Origin: Histomonas meleagridis 2922-C6/04-290x
Lineage: Eukaryota; Protista; Parabasalia
Reading direction: 5' to 3'
Assembly: GCA_020184695.1 (NCBI GenBank)
Contig: JAANOX010000030.1
Location: forward strand, 124,001-188,000
DNA length: 64,000 nucleotides
Of the stretch, positions 31,901 through 41,682 are shown in pieces. Under the pieces are notes generated by a model that had not been told where the DNA came from, searched no databases, and saw nothing but the letters and a program-made list of their open reading frames with translations. A program made the translations under genes and the position numbers. How positions within the stretch are numbered: position 1 is the stretch's first letter; every line of letters starts with the position of its first letter.

Positions 31901-34900
31901 ATTGGATCTAATTCTTCTAATACATTTTCAATTAATAAAGGTTTACCAAATCGTACTGCATTTTCAATTGTACGGATTAAATTATCATCATTTAATTTGA
32001 TTATATCTAATTGATTATCTTTCTCTAAGTTCTTTATAAACCTATTAGCTTGTCCTTGTGGATCTATACATAAAGGCCAACGTTTCGAGTTCGTTAATAT
32101 TATAATATTTTCTAATGATATCGAATCGCGTGGTAAACCATTTAAATTCCACTTTAATATTTGTATTGGATCTTGTAATGTTTGAATTATATTTGAGTTA
32201 TCAGAGAATAATAATTCTTCTTGAATTAAAAAGTTCCTCCAATCATTTAATAAATCATTTCTAAAGTCAGAAGGAAATGGACCTAAATAAGCAACAGAAG
32301 CAGAAGCTATTAATATATCGCCAATTAAATTCTTTTCTTTAATTAAAACATCTTTTAATGTATCTTCCCAACGACCTTTTTCACCAGATAAATTATTTAA
32401 TAATGATTCAGCACGTATTAACTTCGATTTACATTCTTCTTGTTGATCTTGATAATTCTTCTTCTTTAAATTCGATTCATCAAATTCTGCTTTAATTAAT
32501 GAAATCTTTTCTTCAATAGATTGTAATCGATCTTTCGATTCTTGTAATGCTTTTTTAGATTCTTCTAATTCTTTCTCTGCTTTTTCTAATGCTTGTTGTT
32601 TAGGTCTAACTAACTTTATAGCAAAATGATATTTATTCATTGCTATAACCCAATAATAAAGATTTAATGTAGCAGAACCTGCGTTTTCTGCATTTTTCTT
32701 TGTAAAGTTTTCCGAATTTAATAAAGGTTGTAATCGTTGGATTGTAGATTCGGGTATATTATCTTTTTGTTCATTAGTAAATAATTCGATTCGTTGTTTA
32801 AACTTCGGATCATTTAACATCTTTTGCGCTGTAGCCCACCAATCATCAACCATTTCGCCTGGTCTAGAACCTGGCACTTGTATAACAGGTTGATTTAATA
32901 AGATACAAACACCTTGCATTACATATCCAACTGTTTCTGGTGGTCGTAAATATGATCGAACAGTAGATATAGCTGAAGATGTTAAACCTTTTACACCTTC
33001 TTTAGCTTCTTCTAATACTGGTAAAACTTTATCTAATTCTTTTTGTGTATCTTCTTTTAATAGTTTTGTTTGTTGTACATTCTCTTCAGCTAATTCAGTT
33101 TCTTTTTGTACTTGTATACGGATTTCATTAGCTTTAGATTCTTCAACTCGAATTCGTTCCATTGCTAAATCTACTTCTTTAGTAGCTATTTCTAATTGTG
33201 GTTGTAATGCTTTAATTTGTTCTTGTAAATCTTTAATTGATGATGCTGCAACTTTTAATGATGATAAACCTGTTTCCATTGAAGATTTTAATCGATTCAT
33301 TTCTTTAGTCTTTTGATCTAATAATTGTTTAACTAAATCTAAAAAGTCTAAAAATGAAGTTGGTGTAACATAATTATTACGTTTAATCTTTTCATATAAT
33401 TTTTGTGAATAATCAATGATTGATAAATGTGTATTAACACAAAACTTTGTAACAATTTTGATGAGTTTTTCATTATCATTAAATAACTTATTATAAAATT
33501 CAGTAGCTACAGAAGTTAAAGAACTTTCATCCCAATTATTAAACCAATCAATAGAAGTACAAGTAACTAAAGAAGGAAACATTCTAAGACGTCTTCTAAA
33601 TGATTCACCAATTGGTGAAATAGCTAAAACTAAATGTAAATATTCTTTAACTCTTGAAATAAATAATGAATATAACGAAGCTTTTGTCATTTGTATATCT
33701 TTAGTTTGTGCTATAGGTTTCATTTTCTCAATAATTTCTTCCATATCTTCAGGTTGAAATATATTTGGGACATCACCAGAATTTAATAAATTATTAATAT
33801 CTTCTAAAAATGATTCTTTAATAATTTGTGAATCAGATATTAAAAATATAATTTTTTGTTCTTCTAAACCTGCTTTCTTCATAACTTCTTTAATATCTGT
33901 TAACCATTCTATAGTTCCATAATTTTTATTAATTTGTGGTTGGAAGATTTCATATTCACCTAAATAAGCTGCTAATTTAGTTAATGATTGTCTACCAGAA
34001 CCTCCGACACCTAATAATAATGCATGACCTAAAGGTTGACGAATAATTCTAGAAATCCTTAATATATGTTCAATAGCGTTAGGGAATAAAACTAATTTTA
34101 ATTTATTAGTATTAATTTCATCATATTCAAGCATAGCTGAGTTTAATATTGATTCAAGTTTCTTTATATCTTTGACTTGTATATAAGGCTTTTGATCAGT
34201 ATTTTCTTCATAAAAATCACAATATAATAATTTCTCACAATCATTATATAAATCTTTTGGATTTAATTTAAATTGATTATATAATTCATCATTAATAATA
34301 TTTTGGAATTTTTCATGATCTGTTTCATTAACTAATCTATCACTAAATACTCTAATTGATTCATGATACCAAATACTAATTATATCTTTATCATTATTAA
34401 CATAAGATTTATTTAATGACATTACCCCTTGAATAATTTTCGAAATATCTCTTAAATTAAATATATAATGTGATTTAGAAGGTATAGGTAACATATTTTT
34501 CCTAACATTATTATAACAATTAATTGTCGAATTAATTATCGAATTAGAAACATTTTTAATAGATTCATCAAATATATTTAAATAATTATCTAACATTGTC
34601 TTAAATATTTTATATAATGAATCATCTTGTAATTCAACAAAATTAAATAAATTAAAATGCCTTATAAATCGTGGAGTCATTTCTTGACGTCCTCCACCAG
34701 GATAACCACAAGCACAAATTAATTGTGCATCGATTAATTTATGGAATTCTAAAGTTTTTCGATCATACCAACCTCCATGATCTATCCATTGTCGTAATAA
34801 TTCGATTGGTGGTTGAGCACCGAATTCTTCTTTTAATGGCATATTAACATCATCGAAAAAGATTATAGCTTTTTTACGATCTAAAGGACCATAAATACCT

Positions 34901-37900
34901 TTAAATCTTCGTTCATATTTCGAATCAATTATATCTTGTGTTTGATTAGCAGTAGTTTTAGCAGAAAATGAGATAAATATCGGAATATAATTTGTAGGAT
35001 CTAATGAAGATATCATATAAATATTAATTGTGATTGATTTAGCTGTACCTGTAGGGCCTATACAAAAGAAATTATAACCTGCGTTTAATAAAGTCTTTAA
35101 TAAAAATGTATGACGAATATTATCAATTGTTGGTACTAAAATTTCGGTGAATTTTGCATTCTTTGGTATATTATATTCCGGAATATTATCCATCCAATTT
35201 TCCCATTTTAATGTATCAAAATTAAATTTATAATCATATACTAAACCTTCTTTAGGAAACTCAATTCCAGATTTATTAATTAATGGACGAATAAAGAAAT
35301 CAAATTGATTTCTACCTTCAGTATTAGTAGTAGAACCTACTGACCAAATTAATGAGAACCAAAATAAATTCGGTGCCAAATTCTTAATTTTATAAATTAT
35401 ATCATCTGAAATTTTATCATTAATATCATCATTTGAATAAAACGGATATATTAATGAATGAAATATTCTAAATAAACTTTGTATAATATTACTATTAGTA
35501 GTAACTATTGGTTCTTTAATTCTATTTCTTAAGAATTCGATTGAAGGGATTAAATAATCGTCAAACATTTGATTTAAAGTTTCATTTAAAATCGATTGTA
35601 ATTGTGGATGCATATTTAATACCCAAGAATCAAATAAATATTTCAGATTAGAATTAGGTTCCATATATACCATTCCACAACGTGATACAGTTGCAGGTGA
35701 AGCTACAGCTAAATCTTCGACTTCAAATAACATAAACATTCTATCAGTGAAATTAATTACTGCCGAAGATGATAAACAAAGTTTTTTATTATCATCTAAT
35801 ACAGTATTCATATTTTCGATCCATAAAGCATCAACAGGACCATCTAAAACTATCCATAAGTTATCATTAGTTTCATCTTCTGAACAAGTTTTAATTATAT
35901 CAGATAAAACTCCATTAGTCCATTCATGAGTCGTTAAATCAAATTCACCATAAAGTTGTCCCATAGTAATTGATTTAGGATTTAATATATAATATCTTGT
36001 CTTGAAATATTTCTTATTATCTGATAATGAAGTCAAAACTTTGGAAAGTGTTTGATATACAGTAGTTTTACCTGAACCTGTAGGTCCTACAAGCATTACA
36101 CCCCAACGTACTGAGAATGTTTCTTTTAATTGTATTATTTTATTTATAAATAAATCATTCACTTGAAGTTTTTCTTTCTTACATACATTATGAATTTCAT
36201 TAATTAAATCACTATAATCTAAAGTCTTTTCTTCTATTCCTGGGAATAAATCAGAAATAATATCATTAAATAATATTAAATCATTTTTCAAGAATTTCGG
36301 TACATTAACATCTTTAATAGCTCGTAATATGATTAAAGATTCAGACATATCAGGGAAATTCATTCGTAAGTTTCCTGCGTTTTGTATAACAGTATTAACA
36401 GCACGCATACCAAAGTCATAATGTTTTTGTGATGAAAGTTGTTCTGATGAAAGTCTAAAAGTAGCGACAATTTTTTCGGAAAGTTTTCTAGCTTCGATAA
36501 ACCCAAATGAATAAAGTTTTATCTTTGCAATCATTTTATAATCTGGTACCATCATAGATACTGATCTAAATAAAGCTTTTAAGTTATCAGGTAATTCTGT
36601 TCTGCCTGCATAACCAGGATTCATAGTAATAAATACTGCACAACGTGGTGATAATGGTACATCTCTATTTTCAAATCGAAAATGTTTAACACCTGCTTGA
36701 ATAGCGTTTTGTATTGTAGTGATTTGTTGTGCTATAACACTTAATACTTCAATATATATTCGATTAAATTCATCAAAACATGCCCATGCACCACATGATG
36801 CTAAACCCGTCAAGAAAATTCCCATTTGTAAATAATCAACACTTTCACTACAATTATATACTACGCATTGAAATGCTACTGCTTTAGCTAAATCTTTTGT
36901 AGTTTCTGTTTTCCCTGTACCTGCAGGACCTTGAGGTGCACCACCCATATTCATTTGTAAAGCAGAAGTTAATGTTAAATAACATCGATCTGTTAAAGGC
37001 GTTATAACTAAACGTGTAGTATTACCTAAATATTCATAACCATATTCGACTTCATATGTTAACATTTTGATAATTGCAGTTTCATTATTATAATAATATC
37101 TTAATTGTGATATCCATTCAAATGAATCAATTGAATTAACTCCATTTCGTACCATTTTTTCAACTATATCATGTGCATGTACATCTAATACTATTAAACA
37201 TGATAAAGTTCGAAGTTTTAAGAAATCTTTAGTTTCTCGTACAAGTTTAGTTAAGTCGATTAATTGATTATCTAAAACTTTTAGTAAATCTAATAACTTA
37301 TTTTGTTTAATTGCTTCTTCGACATTTTTTGTCCAATATATCATTGAACAACATAAAATTATTTGTGCTGGCCAATTTAATACCCATTCGATACGTGGTA
37401 TTGTAGGATATTCTTCATAAGCTTTCTTTAAGATATCTTTTAATGTTTCTCTCATTATAGTTTCTACTTCTAATAACCAATGTTCGACATTACCTTTCGG
37501 ATATAAAGATCGAGATAAATTAACAACTTCTCCTTCACAAGAAATCATTTGAGTAATTTTTAAGTCTTTTTCAAATGTTAATGACCCAATATTTTCGAAA
37601 CATCTTCTTAAATGTCTTTGAACTGCTGTTGGATCTTTAGTTTGTGATAATATTGATAATAATTCATCATTAGATAAAAAGTAAAATCGTGGAAATGCAA
37701 CACGTTTTGATTCTAAATAATCATTTAAACCTCGTTCTACATGTGACAACAATTTATTATTTTGTTTAAAGTCATCTAATAATTTTTGTGATGGACAAAA
37801 CTTTAATGCAGATGGTGATCTATAAGCAGAATCTAAGATTTTTCTCCAAGTTTTATCAACACTTTCAAAACGTTCTGTTTCAGTAGGTAATTGTTTCTTA

Positions 37901-40900
37901 ATATCATCTGATGAAAAAATGGGCTCTAAAGATAACCAAGAACGTTGACAATTTAACCATTCTTCAATAACTGAAGTTATTAATTTTAATGTTTGTTCCC
38001 ATTTATTTAATTTATCTTCAAAAGGCTTTTTATAAGGTGAGAATTCCATTGTATTTATCATAACCATATCATCATCAAGTTTTTGGATAATATCATCAGA
38101 ACCTTTTAAGATATAAGTACCAGTATTTTTATAAGGTTCAATATCTAAATTAATTTCTTCCCAATCATTTTGCATCTTTTGTAATGACGTTTCAATTGAA
38201 TATTCTTTTGATGCTGCTGATACTACTTCAATAATTACGTCAATTTTCTCTTCAAGATTATTTTGTAAGACATCATTTAATGTAATTTCATCATCAAGTT
38301 GAAATTCAAACCCAAGTTTCTCTGATAATTTAACCCAATGTCTTTTCTTCATTCCAGGGTTTAATAAAGCTGTTAATAAAGGTATATGATCTCTCATTTC
38401 ACTAACTTTTTGTTTTGTATCAATAGCTAATTGTAAAATAGCAGTTGGACCATTTTTAAAGTTATGTGTTGATTTATGTAATGCAGTATATATTACTTGT
38501 AAATCTTTTGATATTTGTTCGGCATTTAATTGTATTAATGGCTTTTCATTTATCGATTGTGATAATTTATACCATTGATCTAAATTAAGCCAAAATAATG
38601 CAAATGGTTCAAATGTCTTCTTAAGTTCATCAATTCGTGAATAATCAGTAATTTCTTGTCCAAAAATAATTTGTCGTGAATTATATACTTTAGCTGTTTG
38701 TTCTGAATTCTCAATAATTTTCGAAATTCGTTTAATTTCTTGTGAATATATATCACTTTGTGTTGGATCAATATATTTAGATACAGTAGAAACTTCACGT
38801 GAAAGTTTATCAAGTTCAGCAGCAAATTTTTCTTGATGCATTTCAAGATCTTGTTCAAATTTAATGAAATAATTATCAAGTGTCGATTTCGATTTTTCGA
38901 TTAATTGGAAACAATGTTTTGCATGACCAAATGTATTCCATTTAATATTAAAATCTTCATTAGATATTTGATGATTATAATTCTCTAAAAAGTCATAATA
39001 TTTCATTGAGTCACAAACTCTTAAATGAAGTTTTTCGACTAATTTTGGTACAGTTGATATATATTGACGTTGTTGATCTAATTCTTCGATTTTTGTTGGT
39101 ATTGCAGTAATTCTATTTTCAATTGTTCGATATTCATTTAAATATTTTTTGAATTGTGATTTTGCTGTTTTTGATATATAATCTAAAATCGATTTTATTA
39201 ATAATTTATGTTTTGAAATTAAATAATTTCGGACTGATGTAACATTCACTGAAAATAATCCTAAAATTGCTCGTTTAGGTATAGTTTTTAAGATTTCATT
39301 AATTGATTCTTGATGAATTTTAATTTCATGTGAACATTGTTCTAATGAAGGTGAATCATTATTAAGTTTCTCTACAAATTTCGCATGATCAAGTTTTAAG
39401 AAATCAATATATGAATCATAAGTTAATATATAATCTTCTAAAACTTTAATTGCAGCATCTAAATTCTTTATAATATTTTCTTTATGTTTAATAAGTTCTG
39501 TTTCATCTTCATTAATTGTGGATAATGTTAATGAAACATTACGAAACATTTCAGGTAATACACGTGGTTCAATGATTGGAATCGATCGAACAGAATCAAC
39601 AATTGATGATAATATATTTAAACATAATTCCTTAAATAAAATAGGATCAATTCCATAACAAATTTTCTCTTCTTCAATTGTCATATCGATTTCAAACAAT
39701 GGCATTATCATTGCGCCCGATGAATTTTTAGGAAATTCTGATTTAAATTCAGTTTGTGATTTTATTGTTACTGAAATCGGTGATAAATCTTCAATAAAAT
39801 TATCAAATAATTCGAAATTATTTAAAACTGATTTCCGTGCAGCATCAATCATCATAAAAGATATTAAAGTCATGAAGTTACTAAATTTAGACATATTATA
39901 TACTTCACGATCAGTTTCTTCTAAATTAAACCAACCTTTTGATATACCAGATAAAGCATTTCGTAATTCTCGACCAAGTTGTGGTACCCAATCATCAGTA
40001 AGAAAATGTTTATTCTTTGAGATCATTTGTGATTGCGTTTGTTGGAATTCTTCTAAATGAAATGATTTATTAGATCGTAATGATAACATTATAATATTAG
40101 AGACATCTAAACATGAAGATCTCGTCTTCATTAATGCATTAAAGATACAATCCTTTGTATATAATGAATGAAATGATACTTTTTCATATAATCGTTTAAA
40201 GTTTGCATTCGTCTCGATTTTATTTCGTGATATAATTTCTTCTTCTTTAGTTAAATCATATATACCTAATGATCGTGCGTAAATTGGATCCGATTTAATT
40301 TTAGCTTCAAATGAATGCGTATTAAATGTATATTTATAATTGATTTTGGCTTCTTTTAAAAATGGTTTTATGTCAAGTTCAATCTTTCTTCGTGGTGATG
40401 GAATCTTTTGTAATATTCGTTCTACACTTTCTTTAGGGATTTTGGGCATCGATTTATATGGCATGTTTTCAACATAAAACACAAATCGTATCCATGACTC
40501 AATACGTCGTCTTTCATTAATTGCATTAGCAATTCGATTAGAAAAAATTCGTGGATCTTCTGATAGAAATAAAATACGTAAACGTGGTAACCATTCAGAT
40601 GGATAAATGTCATTCGGATATTTGACTTGCCATAACATTGTGGTGGAATTATAATCAATAACAATGGAATCAATCCATTTAAGTTCATGCGTATTAAATA
40701 CTCGTGAAGGAATTCCACCCATCGTACCATCAGAATTAAGGCCAATACTAAGCCATTCATCAGTAGTACGTGGATCAAACGAATCGTCATCAAAATCCCA
40801 TAATTGGAAAATTGGTGGAAACTCAGTATTCATTTCTGTAACACCAATCTCTTGAGGATAATCAATACCACGTTCAATAAGAAGTTGGGATATGTCCATT

Positions 40901-41304
40901 TGTTGATATTGTCGCTTTAGACGTTCAACTTCAATGGATCTTGGTGTGACTCCAGGTGGTGTAATAAATGGAATTTGAACTTTAGGTAGAATTGACTCTG
41001 GTGGGGTATTGTGCGGGCCCATTGGTAATGGATCTGATGGTGGTAATTTATCAGATTGTTTTGAAAAATATTTTCGTGCAGCTGTATAAGTAGATATATT
41101 TGGGAAAGAAGAATTTGAAGGTTTTGAAACCGGCTCGTTATCTTCTTCATTATGTGTAGTATCTTCTGGTGGAGTGGTATCTTCAAGTGGTGGAAGCGAA
41201 ATGTTTCGAAGGCTTGTCTTACTTGATGGACGAATTGACGCTTTTTGGGTAGAGAAAAAGAGTTCTGAAAATGCTCCTTTTCTCTGTTTATTTGTTTTGT
41301 TCAT
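28957..41304 (-). CDS. Axonemal inner-arm dynein heavy chain, DNAH1-like
   Basis: 4115 aa. AAA1 GAPQGPAGTGKTET, AAA2 GPTGSGKT, AAA3 GPTGTAKS, AAA4 GVGGSGRQS, plus a stalk coiled coil. The N-terminal LFLSEDPRIFSNRI...FVFYVENMP segment resembles DNAH1-type tails. Confidence 0.95.
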   Translation of the reverse strand: MNKTNKQRKGAFSELFFSTQKASIRPSSKTSLRNISLPPLEDTTPPEDTTHNEEDNEPVSKPSNSSFPNISTYTAARKYFSKQSDKLPPSDPLPMGPHNTPPESILPKVQIPFITPPGVTPRSIEVERLKRQYQQMDISQLLIERGIDYPQEIGVTEMNTEFPPIFQLWDFDDDSFDPRTTDEWLSIGLNSDGTMGGIPSRVFNTHELKWIDSIVIDYNSTTMLWQVKYPNDIYPSEWLPRLRILFLSEDPRIFSNRIANAINERRRIESWIRFVFYVENMPYKSMPKIPKESVERILQKIPSPRRKIELDIKPFLKEAKINYKYTFNTHSFEAKIKSDPIYARSLGIYDLTKEEEIISRNKIETNANFKRLYEKVSFHSLYTKDCIFNALMKTRSSCLDVSNIIMLSLRSNKSFHLEEFQQTQSQMISKNKHFLTDDWVPQLGRELRNALSGISKGWFNLEETDREVYNMSKFSNFMTLISFMMIDAARKSVLNNFELFDNFIEDLSPISVTIKSQTEFKSEFPKNSSGAMIMPLFEIDMTIEEEKICYGIDPILFKELCLNILSSIVDSVRSIPIIEPRVLPEMFRNVSLTLSTINEDETELIKHKENIIKNLDAAIKVLEDYILTYDSYIDFLKLDHAKFVEKLNNDSPSLEQCSHEIKIHQESINEILKTIPKRAILGLFSVNVTSVRNYLISKHKLLIKSILDYISKTAKSQFKKYLNEYRTIENRITAIPTKIEELDQQRQYISTVPKLVEKLHLRVCDSMKYYDFLENYNHQISNEDFNIKWNTFGHAKHCFQLIEKSKSTLDNYFIKFEQDLEMHQEKFAAELDKLSREVSTVSKYIDPTQSDIYSQEIKRISKIIENSEQTAKVYNSRQIIFGQEITDYSRIDELKKTFEPFALFWLNLDQWYKLSQSINEKPLIQLNAEQISKDLQVIYTALHKSTHNFKNGPTAILQLAIDTKQKVSEMRDHIPLLTALLNPGMKKRHWVKLSEKLGFEFQLDDEITLNDVLQNNLEEKIDVIIEVVSAASKEYSIETSLQKMQNDWEEINLDIEPYKNTGTYILKGSDDIIQKLDDDMVMINTMEFSPYKKPFEDKLNKWEQTLKLITSVIEEWLNCQRSWLSLEPIFSSDDIKKQLPTETERFESVDKTWRKILDSAYRSPSALKFCPSQKLLDDFKQNNKLLSHVERGLNDYLESKRVAFPRFYFLSNDELLSILSQTKDPTAVQRHLRRCFENIGSLTFEKDLKITQMISCEGEVVNLSRSLYPKGNVEHWLLEVETIMRETLKDILKKAYEEYPTIPRIEWVLNWPAQIILCCSMIYWTKNVEEAIKQNKLLDLLKVLDNQLIDLTKLVRETKDFLKLRTLSCLIVLDVHAHDIVEKMVRNGVNSIDSFEWISQLRYYYNNETAIIKMLTYEVEYGYEYLGNTTRLVITPLTDRCYLTLTSALQMNMGGAPQGPAGTGKTETTKDLAKAVAFQCVVYNCSESVDYLQMGIFLTGLASCGAWACFDEFNRIYIEVLSVIAQQITTIQNAIQAGVKHFRFENRDVPLSPRCAVFITMNPGYAGRTELPDNLKALFRSVSMMVPDYKMIAKIKLYSFGFIEARKLSEKIVATFRLSSEQLSSQKHYDFGMRAVNTVIQNAGNLRMNFPDMSESLIILRAIKDVNVPKFLKNDLILFNDIISDLFPGIEEKTLDYSDLINEIHNVCKKEKLQVNDLFINKIIQLKETFSVRWGVMLVGPTGSGKTTVYQTLSKVLTSLSDNKKYFKTRYYILNPKSITMGQLYGEFDLTTHEWTNGVLSDIIKTCSEDETNDNLWIVLDGPVDALWIENMNTVLDDNKKLCLSSSAVINFTDRMFMLFEVEDLAVASPATVSRCGMVYMEPNSNLKYLFDSWVLNMHPQLQSILNETLNQMFDDYLIPSIEFLRNRIKEPIVTTNSNIIQSLFRIFHSLIYPFYSNDDINDKISDDIIYKIKNLAPNLFWFSLIWSVGSTTNTEGRNQFDFFIRPLINKSGIEFPKEGLVYDYKFNFDTLKWENWMDNIPEYNIPKNAKFTEILVPTIDNIRHTFLLKTLLNAGYNFFCIGPTGTAKSITINIYMISSLDPTNYIPIFISFSAKTTANQTQDIIDSKYERRFKGIYGPLDRKKAIIFFDDVNMPLKEEFGAQPPIELLRQWIDHGGWYDRKTLEFHKLIDAQLICACGYPGGGRQEMTPRFIRHFNLFNFVELQDDSLYKIFKTMLDNYLNIFDESIKNVSNSIINSTINCYNNVRKNMLPIPSKSHYIFNLRDISKIIQGVMSLNKSYVNNDKDIISIWYHESIRVFSDRLVNETDHEKFQNIINDELYNQFKLNPKDLYNDCEKLLYCDFYEENTDQKPYIQVKDIKKLESILNSAMLEYDEINTNKLKLVLFPNAIEHILRISRIIRQPLGHALLLGVGGSGRQSLTKLAAYLGEYEIFQPQINKNYGTIEWLTDIKEVMKKAGLEEQKIIFLISDSQIIKESFLEDINNLLNSGDVPNIFQPEDMEEIIEKMKPIAQTKDIQMTKASLYSLFISRVKEYLHLVLAISPIGESFRRRLRMFPSLVTCTSIDWFNNWDESSLTSVATEFYNKLFNDNEKLIKIVTKFCVNTHLSIIDYSQKLYEKIKRNNYVTPTSFLDFLDLVKQLLDQKTKEMNRLKSSMETGLSSLKVAASSIKDLQEQIKALQPQLEIATKEVDLAMERIRVEESKANEIRIQVQKETELAEENVQQTKLLKEDTQKELDKVLPVLEEAKEGVKGLTSSAISTVRSYLRPPETVGYVMQGVCILLNQPVIQVPGSRPGEMVDDWWATAQKMLNDPKFKQRIELFTNEQKDNIPESTIQRLQPLLNSENFTKKNAENAGSATLNLYYWVIAMNKYHFAIKLVRPKQQALEKAEKELEESKKALQESKDRLQSIEEKISLIKAEFDESNLKKKNYQDQQEECKSKLIRAESLLNNLSGEKGRWEDTLKDVLIKEKNLIGDILIASASVAYLGPFPSDFRNDLLNDWRNFLIQEELLFSDNSNIIQTLQDPIQILKWNLNGLPRDSISLENIIILTNSKRWPLCIDPQGQANRFIKNLEKDNQLDIIKLNDDNLIRTIENAVRFGKPLLIENVLEELDPILDPILQKQIYKQSGADVIKIGDTIIPYNWDFKLYITTQLPNPNYSPELSAKVSLLDFTCTQTGLEEQLLALTVAKERPDLEEMKSSLVIKNSQNKKKLHQIQTKMLSLLENTDPNKLLDDLELINTLTESNQMSQNIQKQVKETEETEIEIDKSRQNYQKVAFRGSLLFFCISNLFLIDPMYQYSLEWYISFFGLCINNTPNSDDLEIRLNSLINTITINFYNNICRSMFERHKQMFSFLLCYKIMQSNNEINSEELRFLISGPSKNIESLPNPDPSWITIKIWNEIKSLDLLPNFKGFLNSFIKDIKLWKEIFDSENASKCIFPNEWQSKLTEFQRLLILRVIRPDSIINAIQELISNKLGNQFLESPQFDLNSSFSDSTVSTPLIFILSVGADPLSELTKFAEKKSFGKKFSSISLGQGQGPKAEAKMIEAMDRGHWLLLQNCHLAISWLPKLEMLIENIKPDEINRDFRLWLTSMPSKDFPVSILQKGIKMTNEPPKGIRSNLLKSMSQFDDKMLNDIKKLFEYHKLIYALCFFHAIILERRKYGSLGFNQIYDWNNGDLEISQKQLKMFLNLYENVPFKVLKYLTGEINYGGKVTDDWDRRTLLSILDDFYTPKVMNDNYQFTENPNYLSLPEQSIKMYLNTIKQFPINDSPDLFGLHSNAEITYQQNETFSMFNNLLLLQSSNNELIVNNQNQSKENIIYDLTKDIIKEVPKLFDQKLISEKYPQKYSDSMNTVLIQQTEMFNKLITIVTKSLKDLLKALKGIIVMNKELEDISNSIYDNFVPKLWENSGYPSTKPLSSWIIDLKLRVKFFNDWIENGPPLIYWISGFFIQQSFLTGIKQNYARKTQIGVDTVSFAFDVINDENEINERPNDGVIIKGLFIEGAAWDRNKKIITDPNPKELYQQMPPIKLIPVSNRKPPKNGIYNCPLYKIGTRKGQLSTTGHSTNYVMTIELPSDKPESYWIKRGVAMICSLSY

Positions 41305-41682
41305 TTTCTTGTTTGCAGAAAAACGGATTTAACCGTTCACCAAAAAAATCATGATTTACTCCTCATTAAAATCATAATCAAGTATATATTGTATTTACAT
41401 ATGTTGTCTAAATGTTTCTCGTAACTTTTTTGATAGTTACTTTTCTTTTAAAATAAATTTTAAATTGATTTCAAATTTTAGTATAACCAATATTTATGTG
41501 TTTTGATCTGTTGGTCATACAACAATAACATTTTTTTTCTAATAAGTTGATTATGATTTATTGGAATTTAAACTAAATTCATGTTATTTTTCATACTTGC
41601 GCTAAAATACGTTTGAATTCATTCAAAAATTTCGAGATAAAAGTGACAAATAATCCATTCAAATTTGCTGGGAAGGATCTGG

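Noticed and set aside
35030-35062. Dynein AAA3 P-loop variant GPTGTAKS
   Set aside because: A single conservative change in a regulatory AAA module of an otherwise intact motor; not enough to infer altered function.
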